From positions 953-64,952 of the forward strand of contig JBBTUN010000005.1 of assembly GCA_038063735.1 (NCBI GenBank): a stretch of DNA of 64,000 nt, in the 5' to 3' direction. Made by a program: the position numbers and the translations under genes. Source of the stretch: Patescibacteria group bacterium (GTDB lineage Bacteria; Patescibacteriota; Microgenomatia; Curtissbacterales; GWA2-41-24). This document shows positions 53,596-64,000 of the stretch, in pieces. Each line of letters opens with the position of its first letter. Within the stretch, counting starts at the first letter, position 1. The notes beneath the pieces were generated by a model, which had not been told where the DNA came from, did no database searches, and saw only the letters and a program-made list of their open reading frames with translations.

Positions 53596-55593
53596 ATGAA
53601 ATTTAATCTTAAGTCCACCTACAAACCAACCGGCGACCAGCCAACCGCAATAGAAAAACTCGTCGAAGGGCTCGAAGAAGGCTTCAAACATCAGACATTA
53701 CTCGGAGTAACGGGCTCCGGTAAGACGTTCACGGTTGCCAACGTTATCCAAAAAGTCCAAAAGCCAACATTGGTTATCAGCCACAATAAAACCCTGGCAG
53801 CGCAACTCTACCAGGAACTCCACGAATTTTTTCCCCAAAACGCCGTCAGTTATTTCGTCTCTTACTACGATTATTACCAACCGGAGGCATATTTACCGTC
53901 GACAGACACATACATAGAGAAGGAAACCGAGGTTAACGAAGAAATAGACCGGCTGCGCCTGGCGGCCACCACAAACTTATCAACCCGAAACGACGTTATA
54001 GTTGTCGCCTCAGTCTCAGCGATATACAACTTAGGCTCTCCAAAGGAGTATAAAGACGCACGAGTTGATTTTAAAATCGGGGATACTTGGCCCCGAATAG
54101 ACTTGCTAAAAGCTTTCGCCAAGCTTCAATACGAAAGAAACGAAGTAGATTTTGCCCGCGGCACATACAGAGTCCGTGGGGAAAATATCGAAATATTGCC
54201 GGCATACGAAAATAATGGTCTAAGGTTTGGATTCTTGGGAGATAAAATAAACTCCATAGAAATTATCCACACGATAACAGGGGCAAATGTTAAGTCGTTA
54301 ACTCAAATTGCCCTATATCCTGCAAAACATTACGTTCTCTCGGATATTGGTCAGGAAGAAGGCATAAATTCAATAAAAGCGGAGCTGGAAACAAGGCTTA
54401 AAGAACTCAAAACACAAGGAAAAGACCTTGAGGCTCACAGACTCAAACAACGCACGAGTTACGACCTTGAAATGATCAAAACATTTGGTTACTGCAAGGG
54501 CATCGAAAATTATTCCCGTCACTTTGACGGCAGAAAACCCGGAGAAAAACCATTTTCGCTTCTTGAACACTTTCCCAAAGACTATTTAATGGTTATCGAC
54601 GAATCGCACATGACCGTGCCTCAAATCAATGGTATGTACAACGGAGACAGGGCTCGCAAGCAAATGCTCGTCGATTTTGGCTTCCGTTTGCCCAGTGCTT
54701 TTGACAACCGGCCCCTAAAGTTTGAAGAATTTTCCCGCCTTATTAACCAAGTTATATACACTTCGGCAACACCGGCGCAGTACGAATTAAAACTTTCCGA
54801 TCAGGTAGTAGAACAATTAATCCGCCCGACAGGACTAATTGACCCGCAAATTACAATCAAACCTTCCAGGGGGCAAATCGAAGATTTAATAGGGGAAATC
54901 GAAAAACGAGTGGCCAAACACCAGCGTGTTTTGGTGACCACCTTAACCAAAAGGATGGCAGAAGAGTTGTCTAATTATCTGGACGAAAAAGGGGTAAAAG
55001 TTACCTACCTTCACAGCGAAATACAAACGCTTGACAGAACCGACGTATTGGACGACTTAAGATTGGGTAATTATGACGTTTTAGTCGGCATTAATTTGCT
55101 GCGGGAAGGCCTGGACTTGCCGGAAGTTACCCTTGTTGCCATACTGGACGCCGATAAAGAAGGTTTCCTGCGCTCCGAAACGTCTTTAGTACAAACCATG
55201 GGACGTGCAGCGCGGCACGTGGAAGGGTCTGTGATACTTTACGCTGATAATATTACCGGTTCTATGCAGAGAGCAATTAAAGAGGTTGACAGAAGACGCT
55301 GGGCGCAAAAAACTTACAACAAAAAACACGGCATAACTCCAAAATCCATTGAAAAACCCATACGCGAAAAACTTGCCCAGCGCGAAAAAGAGGAAGAAAG
55401 GACTCAAATTGTTAAAGACGCTGTTTTGGCCAAAGTGATGGAAAGGGCAAGAGAAGGCTCGATTTTGCCGGACGACAAGAAACGAATGGTTAAGCTTTTG
55501 AACACCGAAATGAAAGACGCCGCACGCGTACTGGATTTTGAAAAAGCAGCCTATCTCCGCGACCAAATAATCACCCTAAAATCATCATCTTGA
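53596..55593 (+). CDS. uvrB: excinuclease ABC subunit B (start taken at 'MKFNLKSTYKPTGDQP')
   Basis: The upstream in-frame Met at 53575 is also possible. Helicase motifs 'GVTGSGKT' and 'DESH', plus a C-terminal UVR domain. Confidence 0.9.
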   Translation: MKFNLKSTYKPTGDQPTAIEKLVEGLEEGFKHQTLLGVTGSGKTFTVANVIQKVQKPTLVISHNKTLAAQLYQELHEFFPQNAVSYFVSYYDYYQPEAYLPSTDTYIEKETEVNEEIDRLRLAATTNLSTRNDVIVVASVSAIYNLGSPKEYKDARVDFKIGDTWPRIDLLKAFAKLQYERNEVDFARGTYRVRGENIEILPAYENNGLRFGFLGDKINSIEIIHTITGANVKSLTQIALYPAKHYVLSDIGQEEGINSIKAELETRLKELKTQGKDLEAHRLKQRTSYDLEMIKTFGYCKGIENYSRHFDGRKPGEKPFSLLEHFPKDYLMVIDESHMTVPQINGMYNGDRARKQMLVDFGFRLPSAFDNRPLKFEEFSRLINQVIYTSATPAQYELKLSDQVVEQLIRPTGLIDPQITIKPSRGQIEDLIGEIEKRVAKHQRVLVTTLTKRMAEELSNYLDEKGVKVTYLHSEIQTLDRTDVLDDLRLGNYDVLVGINLLREGLDLPEVTLVAILDADKEGFLRSETSLVQTMGRAARHVEGSVILYADNITGSMQRAIKEVDRRRWAQKTYNKKHGITPKSIEKPIREKLAQREKEEERTQIVKDAVLAKVMERAREGSILPDDKKRMVKLLNTEMKDAARVLDFEKAAYLRDQIITLKSSS

Positions 55594-55624
55594 AATAAAA
55601 ATTTAATCAAAGTATATTATCTCC

Positions 55625-55864
55625 ATGCTTTCTAAATCAGATATTAAAAATTTAATCGAGGTATTTGCAACTAAAGCAGAATTTCATAGTGAAATTAGCC
55701 AAATCCGAGAAGACATGGTAACAAAGGGTCATGTTAATAAAGTTATGGACAAACTCGACTCAGTCTTAACAGAAGTTAAAGATATTCGTCAGGAACAGCA
55801 AGCGCACTACTCTCAACATGACAGAATCGATACGCGACTCGATTTTTTTAGAAACAAGAGTTGA
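55625..55864 (+). CDS. small hypothetical protein
   Basis: ORF only, between uvrB and uvrA. Confidence 0.35.
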   Translation: MLSKSDIKNLIEVFATKAEFHSEISQIREDMVTKGHVNKVMDKLDSVLTEVKDIRQEQQAHYSQHDRIDTRLDFFRNKS

Positions 55865-56019
55865 TACAATAGAACAACCCGCATAAGTCCTATAACAAAC
55901 AACGATCAATCCGCCTTTCCGCGACCAAATCATTCTACTCAAATCAAGCCAAGCTTAAGGCACTACCTTCCACAAACAAAACATTTTAACTTTAAAAGTA
56001 AATTAGTTATACTTAACAT

Positions 56020-56709
56020 ATGGGTGCAGATGAAGGCAAAGAAATTCTATCGAGTGATATTAAAACGGCCGACAAGGCCGAGCCCACAATAATTAGGCAC
56101 CCGGATTCTGAAGCCTCATTGTCATACGACGAAAAAGTTGAAAAGGCAAAAGCCAGCCTCGATACTAAACTTAAAGAAATAGGGGAAAAATTTAACCACC
56201 CGGAGCTGGAAGGAACCGGCAATATTCATGCCATGATGCACATCCCCGAGGGGGTACCCATGGGGCACCACCTGCAAAGTTTTATTGACACTGTCACCGA
56301 CGGTTCTAGCGGTGCTCGAATAGTAAATATCGCCTACATTAGGGAAGAAGATCAAAGCGACCCCGAAGCATGGAATACGGCAACACTGGAACTAACAGGT
56401 GGCGCAGGCAGCTTAAATCAAGGCGCTGGCGACTATGGCTCTGAACCTTTCGGTTTTATAGATCATTTTGCAGAAAGAGCTTACGAGTTAACATACGAAA
56501 AAGGTGCATTCTTTCGCACAGGGCGCAAAGTTATGAAAATGCCCGAAACAGACCTTGAACAGGCAGAGTGGAATTTAGAAGTTTCTGAGGCTGATGAAAC
56601 CAGTAAATTTGCAACCCCGCAAGAACTTGAAGATCTAGAGAAACTCCTTAGCTTTGCAACCGATCGGCCACCTGGACAAGATCCTGAATTGGGTAAAGTA
56701 CCCGTTTAA
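56020..56709 (+). CDS. acidic hypothetical protein
   Basis: 229-aa ORF, Glu/Asp-rich, no family recognised. Confidence 0.45.
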   Translation: MGADEGKEILSSDIKTADKAEPTIIRHPDSEASLSYDEKVEKAKASLDTKLKEIGEKFNHPELEGTGNIHAMMHIPEGVPMGHHLQSFIDTVTDGSSGARIVNIAYIREEDQSDPEAWNTATLELTGGAGSLNQGAGDYGSEPFGFIDHFAERAYELTYEKGAFFRTGRKVMKMPETDLEQAEWNLEVSEADETSKFATPQELEDLEKLLSFATDRPPGQDPELGKVPV

Positions 56710-56765
56710 CACTCCCTATACTCTGGAATAATCTCCCCCAAAGTGATAAAATATTCGTTTCTTCC

Positions 56766-59699
56766 ATGGACAAAATCATCATCAAAGGCGCTCGCGAGCA
56801 TAATCTCAAAAATGTTAATGTCGAAATAGCTAAAAACAGTCTAATAGTCTTTACCGGTCTTTCCGGCTCCGGAAAATCATCACTGGCTTTTGACACAATT
56901 TACGCAGAAGGCCAACGCAGATATGTCGAATCTCTGGCATCCTACGCCCGCCAATTTTTGGGTGTTATGGATAAGCCAGACGTAGACTCAATCGAAGGTT
57001 TGTCTCCGGCAATTTCCATAGACCAAAAATCAACGTCTCACAATCCACGGTCAACTGTCGGTACGGTCACCGAGATATACGATTACATGCGCCTGTTGTT
57101 TGCCCGCGTCGGCCACCCACATTGCCCTGTTTGCGGCCGCGAAATTTCTCACCAATCGCCGCAACAAATAGTCGAAGAAATTCAAAAGCTAGGGTCTGTC
57201 AAAGGTCAAACGTCAAAAATTCTTCTGCTATCCCCTGTCGTTAGGGACAGAAAAGGAGAATTTAAAGATCTTTTTGCCGATCTTCTGAAAAAAGGCTACA
57301 GGCAAGCCAGAATCGATGGTGTAGTAAAAGATATTGATGAGGATTTCATCCTGATTAAAACAAACAAGCATACGGTAGACGTTGTCATCGACCGCCTAAA
57401 TTTACCGGCCGAAAAAACCCGATTAACTCAGTCGGTTGAACAGGGTTTAAAACTGGCAGAAGGAACAATAATTGCTGCCGAAATCCTGGATAAATCATTC
57501 GAAATACCAATCTATCCAAAAGAGTTAAAAGCCCACTTGTTTTCCGAAAAACTAACGTGCCCCATAGACAACATTTCCTTACCCGAAATTGAGCCAAGGT
57601 CTTTTTCTTTTAATTCTCCTCACGGTGCCTGTCCAACCTGCAACGGGCTCGGCACACTTAGAAAAGTGGACCCGAATATTGTTATTAATAAAAATTTGTC
57701 CATTGCCGAAGGCGCGATATTGCCATGGGCAAGAATGGTGGGGACAGATTCTTGGTCTTGGAGGGTTCTGGAAACTGTTTGCCGTGAAGAAAACATACCC
57801 TTAAACGAAGATTTCCGTGATCTGCCTGCCGACAAGCAGGAGCTTATTTTAGAAGGTTCATCAAACCAGTTTAAAGTTAAGGGCCCCAACAGATTTGGCA
57901 AGATAGTTACCTGGGAAACCCAATTTGAAGGCGTAGTGCCTTCATTGGAAAAAAAATACAACACCACAGAATCTGATTTTGTAAGACGCGAGGTAGAAAA
58001 ATTTATGCTTGTGGATATTTGCGAAACTTGTTTGGGTTCTCGCCTCAAACCGGAAACCCTATCAATTAGCATAGACAAAAAATCCATAGCAGACACAGCC
58101 GAGCTTTCTGTGCAAAAATTACACGATTGGTTACTGTCCGTAAATGCCGAAAAATCGCAAGTATTAACAGATCGCGAAAAAATCATTGCAAAGCCAATAT
58201 TAAAGGAGCTAACGGCCCGGGTACAGTTTCTCCTGGACGTTGGCCTGGAATACTTAACAATCGCCAGGAGTGCTACAACTCTGGCAGGAGGCGAGGCCCA
58301 GAGAATCAGGTTGGCGTCACAAATCGGGTCCGGTTTATCCGGAGTGCTGTATGTGCTGGACGAACCTTCAATTGGCCTGCATGCCAGGGACAACAACAGG
58401 CTAATAAGCACCTTAATCAAACTTAAAAATCTGCAAAACACAGTAATTGTAGTGGAGCACGATAGCGAAATGATGATGGCCGCAGACAATCTTTTGGATT
58501 TTGGTCCGGGGGCGGGGGAGCATGGAGGCAAAATAATTTCTCAAGGCACCCCAACCCACGTAATGAACGACATCAGATCCATAACAGGTAAGTATTTATC
58601 CGGCAAAAAGAAGATAAAAATTTCAAGTTCTCAATTTAAAGAAGAGGCGCTTGTTGCATTAAAAGGCCCCAACGCCTATCAGAATGAAGAAAATGGCAGC
58701 AAATACTTAAAACTACTTGGCGCAAGAGAACACAACCTGAAAAATATAGATGTTACTTTTCCGCTTGGAAAATTTATTACGATTACCGGAGTTTCCGGAT
58801 CAGGTAAGTCCACGCTGGTTCACGACGTACTTTACCGCGCACTTTCTCAAGAACTTTACTCCTCTAAGGAAAAACCCGGAGCGCATGACAAAGTCGAAGG
58901 AGTCGAAAACGTTGATAAAGTCATCCTTATAGACCAATCGCCAATCGGCAGGACTCCCCGCTCCAACCCGGCAACATACACGGGTGCATTCACCTACATC
59001 CGGGAATTATTTTCTAAATCCCTGGATGCAAGGGTAAGAGGTTACACACCTGGGAGATTTTCATTTAACGTTAAAGGCGGAAGGTGCGAAGCATGTGAGG
59101 GCGAGGGTCAGGTTAAAATAGAAATGCAATTTTTACCGGATGTTTATGTCGATTGCGAAGTTTGTGCGGGAAAGCGCTATAACGAGGAAGCGCTGGAAGT
59201 CCACTACAAGGGAAAAAATATATCGGATGTTCTGGAAATGACTGTAGAAACCGCCCTTGCGTTTTTTGAAAATGTTCCTCAAATCAAAACAAAACTGGAA
59301 ACGATCTATGATGTTGGCTTGGGCTACATACATCTTGGCCAGCCGGCCCCAACCCTCTCCGGCGGAGAAGCCCAGCGTGTTAAATTGGCAACAGAACTAT
59401 CAAAGAGGTCAACGGGCCGCACCGTTTATATACTGGACGAACCAACAACGGGCTTGCATTTTGCAGATATCGAAAGATTGCTGCTTATCTTAAAACGCCT
59501 GGTTGCCGTTGGTAATACGGTTGTTATTATCGAGCACAATATGGACGTTATAGCAAACGCAGACTGGATAATAGATCTTGGCCCAGAAGGCGGCGATGGC
59601 GGCGGGGAAATCATAGTCGAAGGAACACCAACTCAAGTCGCCCAGCACACAAAGTCTTATACAGCCAAATTTCTAAAAAAGCACCTGGAAAGAAAATAA
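56766..59699 (+). CDS. uvrA: excinuclease ABC subunit A
   Basis: Two ABC modules ('[14 protein letters not shown]', '[11 protein letters not shown]'), zinc fingers 'CPVCGR', 'CPTCNGLG', 'CEACEGEG'. Confidence 0.95.
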   Translation: MDKIIIKGAREHNLKNVNVEIAKNSLIVFTGLSGSGKSSLAFDTIYAEGQRRYVESLASYARQFLGVMDKPDVDSIEGLSPAISIDQKSTSHNPRSTVGTVTEIYDYMRLLFARVGHPHCPVCGREISHQSPQQIVEEIQKLGSVKGQTSKILLLSPVVRDRKGEFKDLFADLLKKGYRQARIDGVVKDIDEDFILIKTNKHTVDVVIDRLNLPAEKTRLTQSVEQGLKLAEGTIIAAEILDKSFEIPIYPKELKAHLFSEKLTCPIDNISLPEIEPRSFSFNSPHGACPTCNGLGTLRKVDPNIVINKNLSIAEGAILPWARMVGTDSWSWRVLETVCREENIPLNEDFRDLPADKQELILEGSSNQFKVKGPNRFGKIVTWETQFEGVVPSLEKKYNTTESDFVRREVEKFMLVDICETCLGSRLKPETLSISIDKKSIADTAELSVQKLHDWLLSVNAEKSQVLTDREKIIAKPILKELTARVQFLLDVGLEYLTIARSATTLAGGEAQRIRLASQIGSGLSGVLYVLDEPSIGLHARDNNRLISTLIKLKNLQNTVIVVEHDSEMMMAADNLLDFGPGAGEHGGKIISQGTPTHVMNDIRSITGKYLSGKKKIKISSSQFKEEALVALKGPNAYQNEENGSKYLKLLGAREHNLKNIDVTFPLGKFITITGVSGSGKSTLVHDVLYRALSQELYSSKEKPGAHDKVEGVENVDKVILIDQSPIGRTPRSNPATYTGAFTYIRELFSKSLDARVRGYTPGRFSFNVKGGRCEACEGEGQVKIEMQFLPDVYVDCEVCAGKRYNEEALEVHYKGKNISDVLEMTVETALAFFENVPQIKTKLETIYDVGLGYIHLGQPAPTLSGGEAQRVKLATELSKRSTGRTVYILDEPTTGLHFADIERLLLILKRLVAVGNTVVIIEHNMDVIANADWIIDLGPEGGDGGGEIIVEGTPTQVAQHTKSYTAKFLKKHLERK

Positions 59700-59747
59700 T
59701 ATAGAAACACTTGATACTAAATACGAGATACCGGATACTAGAAGTAG

Positions 59748-61628
59748 ATGCAAACTCTTGCCCGAATCATTATTCTTCCTATCCTGTTTTTTACATGTTA
59801 CCTATTACTTTTTACGTTTCCCGCCCGTGCGGAGGGCGAATTTAAAACCAGTTACAAAGTTCATTATCAAATAGAGAATACCGGCCAAACTACAGTTACC
59901 CAAACAGTTACCTTAGAAAATCAAACACCTAATTTTTACGCTGATAAATTTGAGTTAAAGATTGGCTCCACAAAAATAAACAATTTAAAAGCGCGAGACG
60001 AATCTGGGGACCTGGAAACGGGCGTTAAGTTTGAAAATAACGTCACAACCATAAACATTAAGTTTAACCAGCGTGTAATTGGACAGGGAAAAACGCTGAC
60101 ATTTAATTTAAGTTACACAACAGGAGAAATTGCCACAAAATCCGGTCAAATTTGGGAAATATCTGTTCCCAAGCTAGCCAAATCCCCCGATCTGGGCGCC
60201 TACGATGTAACTGTAGCTCTGCCCCGAGGATTTGGTCCAAATGCTTTCGCAATTCCCGAACCCCTAAGTGTTACGCAAGGAGCACAAACTCAAGAATTTA
60301 TTTTCAACCGGGACCAATTGCTAACTTCTGGTATTGCCATGTCTTTCGGCCAGAAGCAGGTTTTTTCCTTTAGCTTAAAGTACTTTTTAGAAAATACTAA
60401 CTTAACATCCCAAACGTACAGCATTACATTGCCTCCGGACAATAATTATCAAAAAATAGTCATAGGCAAAATTGAACCCGCGCCAATAGATGTGGTTGTA
60501 GACGACGATGGAAACTTTTTGGCAAAATATAAGCTTAGACCTAAGGAAAAACTTTCAATACTGGTTGACGGTGACGTTGAAGTGTTCTCCAGGCCATTCC
60601 GTAAAATTAATGTTAACCTGTCCCAGGCACAGCGGGAAACATATACACAACCGCAGAGGTATTGGGAAACAGACAACGCCTTTATAAAAGATAAAGCCAA
60701 AGAATTAAAAACTCCGGAAAAAATTTACGCCTTTGTCACCGACTTTTTAAGCTACAACAATGACAGGCTGAACTTACCCAAAATAGAAAGAAAAGGGGCC
60801 GTCGCCGCTTATTCTGCCCCCAAAGATTCTGTTTGCATGGAGTTTACAGATCTGTTTATAGCAATCGCCAGAGCTGCAAAAATACCTAGCAGAGAAGTAC
60901 AAGGTTATGCCTATACACAAAACGAAAGACTCAGGCCGCTCTCTCTAAACCTCTACCAGGGAGACGTGCTGCACGCATGGCCCGAATATTGGGATAACGA
61001 AATGGGTTGGGTGCAAATTGACCCGACTTGGGCTTCAACCTCCGGTGGGCTAGATTATTTTAACAAGCTGGATTTTAACCACATCACCTTTATCCAAAGA
61101 GGTACATCATCCACACTGCCATATCCCGCCGGAGCCTATAAAGGCGAAAACCAGCGGAGCGAAAAGACGGTATTTGTGCAATTTGCCCAGGATTTGCCTA
61201 CTCCCACAAGCATTGCCCAGATAGAAGCGGGTGGCCCCAAGCGTGCATTTGCCTCATTTCCATTCAAAGTAAAGGCAAACCTTATTAACACAGGCTCAAC
61301 ATCCATTATCGGAAAAAGTTTAGAAATAAATACAATTAACCTTAACAACAGGCAGGACCAAACAGTAGACATCCCCATTTTGCCTCCTTTTGCCCACAAA
61401 ACTTACGAATTAAATTTTCAAACAGATGGCCTCTTTAAAGCTACAAACGCGGCCGTTATTTTTGCCTTTGCCGATGTTCAAACAACAAAACCAATAGTAG
61501 TTGAACCCATTTATAAAGTGCTAATGGACCCGATGTTCATCGTAAGCATACTTACCCTAATTGTCATAACACTAAGCGGGTTATTTATTTACAAAAAAGT
61601 TCACAGCAGCCATAAACACAACTTTTAA
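59748..61628 (+). CDS. transglutaminase-like domain protein with signal peptide and C-terminal TM anchor
   Basis: 'DSVCMEFTDLFIAIARAAKIPSREVQGY' (Cys), 'HAWPEYW' (His), 'WVQIDPT' (Asp). Confidence 0.75.
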   Translation: MQTLARIIILPILFFTCYLLLFTFPARAEGEFKTSYKVHYQIENTGQTTVTQTVTLENQTPNFYADKFELKIGSTKINNLKARDESGDLETGVKFENNVTTINIKFNQRVIGQGKTLTFNLSYTTGEIATKSGQIWEISVPKLAKSPDLGAYDVTVALPRGFGPNAFAIPEPLSVTQGAQTQEFIFNRDQLLTSGIAMSFGQKQVFSFSLKYFLENTNLTSQTYSITLPPDNNYQKIVIGKIEPAPIDVVVDDDGNFLAKYKLRPKEKLSILVDGDVEVFSRPFRKINVNLSQAQRETYTQPQRYWETDNAFIKDKAKELKTPEKIYAFVTDFLSYNNDRLNLPKIERKGAVAAYSAPKDSVCMEFTDLFIAIARAAKIPSREVQGYAYTQNERLRPLSLNLYQGDVLHAWPEYWDNEMGWVQIDPTWASTSGGLDYFNKLDFNHITFIQRGTSSTLPYPAGAYKGENQRSEKTVFVQFAQDLPTPTSIAQIEAGGPKRAFASFPFKVKANLINTGSTSIIGKSLEINTINLNNRQDQTVDIPILPPFAHKTYELNFQTDGLFKATNAAVIFAFADVQTTKPIVVEPIYKVLMDPMFIVSILTLIVITLSGLFIYKKVHSSHKHNF

Positions 61629-61665
61629 AAATTCTTCTGGAAGAATAATGTAAAATTAGGGCGCT

Positions 61666-62922
61666 ATGACTAGTCTCGAACGAGAAATTGCAATTCTTCC
61701 CAAGAACCCCGGTATCTACAAATTTTATGATAATGCGGGAAAACTGCTGTATGTGGGGAAATCGGTCTCTATTAAAAAACGTGTCGCTTCGTACTTTGCA
61801 AAAGCAGACCTTGGCCCCAAAACAAATAAATTAGTCAAACAAATTGACCATGTAGAATATATAAAAGTATTTTCCGAATTCGAAGCGCTGCTTTTGGAAT
61901 CCGATTTAATAAGAACATACAAACCGTTTTACAATATCCAGGCCAAAGACGACAAAAGCCCCCTCTACATTAAAATTACCAAAGGAGAAATACCGCGCGT
62001 GGAAACAACTAGGAAACAAAATGCGCAAAGAGGCGATTATCTTAAAGGACCATTCCCGTCTGCACTCAACACCCGCGACGTCTTAAGAGTGATCAGAAGA
62101 ATTTTTCCCTATTGTCATCATAAAAATGCCAAAAATCCTTGCCTATATGTGCACCTGGGCCTTTGCCCCTATCCCTACAGTGACACGAACACGAGACAAA
62201 AATACCAAGTAACGATAGCGAAAATAAAAAAACTCCTAAGCGGCAAAAGCAAAGAACTCATGCGTCAGCTTAAAAAAGAAATGCAACAACTCTCCGGCGA
62301 GCAAAAATATGAAGAAGCTCAAAAAATAAAACGACAGATTGAAAAGTTAGATTATATTACCACAAGCTACCGCCCACCACGGGAATTTCTGGAAAGGCCA
62401 ACTCTCGTCGATGACCTGCAGGCCAAAAAGCTAGAAAGCCTTAAAAATGAACTTAACTTGCCAAAGGTTCCCAAAAGGATCGAGTGTTACGACATAAGCA
62501 ATATAAGTGGCAAACATTCAACCGGGTCTATGGTAGTTTTTACCAATGGCAAAAGCGAAAAAGGGGAGTATAGAAGATTTAAGATAAAATTTTTAAATAC
62601 TCCAAACGATTTTGAGATGATAAAACAGGTTCTCACACGTCGGTTTAAAAATAATTGGCCGGATGCTGACCTCATAATTATTGACGGAGGTCTCGGCCAA
62701 CTTTCCAGCGCAAACGAAGCTGCGGTAAAATTTAACAAAAGAATGCCAATTGTCGGCCTTGCCAAGAAACTTGAGGAAATATACACAACAGACTCAAAAA
62801 AACCAATTTCTCTTCCAAAAGAAAGTCCGGCCAGGCAATTAGCGCAAGCAATTAGGGATGAAGCGCACAGATTTGCCATCACTTACCACCGCAAACTTCG
62901 CTCAAAAGCATTCCTTACTTAA
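61666..62922 (+). CDS. uvrC: excinuclease ABC subunit C, short form lacking the C-terminal (HhH)2 domain
   Basis: GIY-YIG 'PGIYKFYDNAGKLLYVGKS', UvrB-interacting 'QKYEEAQKIKRQIEKL', and endonuclease domain 'YDISNISG...IIIDGGLGQL'. 418 aa. Confidence 0.85.
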   Translation: MTSLEREIAILPKNPGIYKFYDNAGKLLYVGKSVSIKKRVASYFAKADLGPKTNKLVKQIDHVEYIKVFSEFEALLLESDLIRTYKPFYNIQAKDDKSPLYIKITKGEIPRVETTRKQNAQRGDYLKGPFPSALNTRDVLRVIRRIFPYCHHKNAKNPCLYVHLGLCPYPYSDTNTRQKYQVTIAKIKKLLSGKSKELMRQLKKEMQQLSGEQKYEEAQKIKRQIEKLDYITTSYRPPREFLERPTLVDDLQAKKLESLKNELNLPKVPKRIECYDISNISGKHSTGSMVVFTNGKSEKGEYRRFKIKFLNTPNDFEMIKQVLTRRFKNNWPDADLIIIDGGLGQLSSANEAAVKFNKRMPIVGLAKKLEEIYTTDSKKPISLPKESPARQLAQAIRDEAHRFAITYHRKLRSKAFLT

Positions 62923-62983
62923 AACAAATCTATATTGAAACTGTGAACTATTAACGATAAACTATTAACTAACCAATCTGTCC

Positions 62984-63385
62984 ATGCGTCACTATTTAAA
63001 ATCGGTTCTTATAACAATTGCGGCCTTTTACATAACATATACTATGGTTCCCGCGATTAATGTTGGACCAGATCCCAAAAACTGGCTTCTAGTTCTAGGT
63101 GGCCTCTGGATTATTTCTCAGGTGGTTAGCCCCATATTCTCGTTGGTTTTACTGCCTGTCAATATCCTTACATTTGGCCTCGTCTCCTTCCTTTTAAATA
63201 TCGCCTTTGTATTTGCACTTCTAAATTTTCTGCCGGGGTTTAATGTTGGTGCCTATAATTTTGCGGGGACCCAGGTCCAGGGTGTTATTTTTCCGCCTGT
63301 TTTTCTGAATCAAATTGCAACTATTGCGCTTGTCGCCACACTAATTACCATTCTTCAAAAACTTTTCCATATTATTTTTGAGTAA
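62984..63385 (+). CDS. small 4-TM membrane protein
   Basis: Four hydrophobic helices. No family recognised. Confidence 0.5.
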   Translation: MRHYLKSVLITIAAFYITYTMVPAINVGPDPKNWLLVLGGLWIISQVVSPIFSLVLLPVNILTFGLVSFLLNIAFVFALLNFLPGFNVGAYNFAGTQVQGVIFPPVFLNQIATIALVATLITILQKLFHIIFE

Positions 63386-63442
63386 TATGGCGCCAATTCG
63401 ACTTTTTATATCGCGTTAAGTTAATATACGCTAAAGTTTATT

Positions 63443-64000
63443 ATGCTTGGTACATTTTTAAGGCATTATTTAGAATTGCCGCAGGAAAATAAAAAAATAG
63501 TTTGCCTGGGCGGCGGTGTTGGAACCTCCCAAATTTTAGCGGGCCTGAGAAAATACGAGCACGAGATTACGGCCATAGTATCTATGGCAGACGATGGGGG
63601 CTCGGCTGGCCGGTTAAGACGGGCATTTCAAGTACCGCCCCCGGGAGACCTTATAAACTGTTTAGCCGCGCTTTCCGACGAAGAATCAATAGTCAGGAAT
63701 CTTTTCTTATACAGGTTTGAGGGGAAAAGACAAGGCAAAGACACAGATTTGGGCGGCCAAAAACTGGGGAACCTTATATTCGTTGCCCTAACCGAAATTT
63801 GCAAAGGTGACACTAATAAAGCTCTCGAAGAACTCTCAAAAATTATTTCCTCGCGGGGTCGCGTACTTCCGGCAACAATGGGTGACGTTAATATATGGGC
63901 AAAAGCTAAAAACGGCAAAAAAATATATGGCGAAAAAAACATCGACCTTGGAAAATATAATGGCACCCGGACACTGGACCAGGTTTATCTGGACCCCCCG
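63443..64000 (+). CDS. YvcK/CofD-like (UPF0052, gluconeogenesis factor family) protein, 3' end outside window
   Basis: 'IVCLGGGVGTSQILAGLRKY', 'AIVSMADDGGSAGRLR', 'PPPGDLINCLAAL' in frame 2. The frame stays open to the window end. Not in the supplied ORF track. Confidence 0.7.
   Translation, partial: MLGTFLRHYLELPQENKKIVCLGGGVGTSQILAGLRKYEHEITAIVSMADDGGSAGRLRRAFQVPPPGDLINCLAALSDEESIVRNLFLYRFEGKRQGKDTDLGGQKLGNLIFVALTEICKGDTNKALEELSKIISSRGRVLPATMGDVNIWAKAKNGKKIYGEKNIDLGKYNGTRTLDQVYLDPP

Noticed and set aside
53520-53600. Canonical LexA operator (CGAAC-N4-GTTCG or CTGT-N8-ACAG) in the lexA/uvrB divergent region
   Set aside because: Neither pattern is present. Only a 7-bp inverted repeat GATAACCC/GGGTTAT with a 31-nt spacer is seen, which is too far apart for a classical dimer site. 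It is reported only as an observation.
63502-63720. ORF 'MPGRRCWNLPNFSG...' from the ORF track
   Set aside because: It is in a different frame from the clearly conserved YvcK/CofD-like reading frame that starts at 63443 and runs to the window end.

Overview
This is an AT-rich, tightly packed bacterial chromosome segment whose gene content looks like a reduced-genome, CPR/Patescibacteria-like organism; that taxonomic placement is an inference. Gene order from the start: PolX-PHP 3' end, lemA, prs, pyrF-pyrE-pyrD, a YjbQ-like gene, htpX, gatC-gatA-gatB, dnaE, rplS, rnhB and yraN. A minus-strand block follows (2-hydroxyacid dehydrogenase, PfkB kinase, LOG, rpe, beta-CASP RNase), then envelope genes (PBP1A with a Pro-rich tail, a secreted GH-A-like hydrolase) and alkA. 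The most unusual part is a roughly 5.5 kb accessory region at 28.6-34.1 kb ending at tRNA-Glu(UUC). It holds four small gene cassettes, each bounded by one copy of a ~120-140 nt direct repeat family (X1-X4). The cassettes are a P-loop-motif protein, a DUF433/DUF5615 toxin-antitoxin-like pair, an unknown-protein/HDAC-like deacetylase operon preceded by a hairpin terminator, and a two-gene pair next to the tRNA. The layout resembles an integron-like (CALIN-like) cassette array, and no integrase is visible in the window. Downstream come tRNA-Lys(UUU), a CvpA-CAP fusion, a glycogen-debranching-like enzyme, a Y-family polymerase locus, xseA/xseB, holA-like, ppsA-eno-gpmI, a frameshifted sigma-70/ECF gene, rsmI, dedA, a relatively GC-rich Nramp transporter, and an SOS/NER block (lexA, uvrB, two hypotheticals, uvrA, a transglutaminase-like protein, a short uvrC). 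Two other features worth noting are a CCCAAAT x5 heptanucleotide tandem repeat inside gatA and an intergenic motif shared between the dinB upstream region and the rsmI-dedA spacer. All functional calls come from reading the translated ORFs for family motifs; no database search was run.
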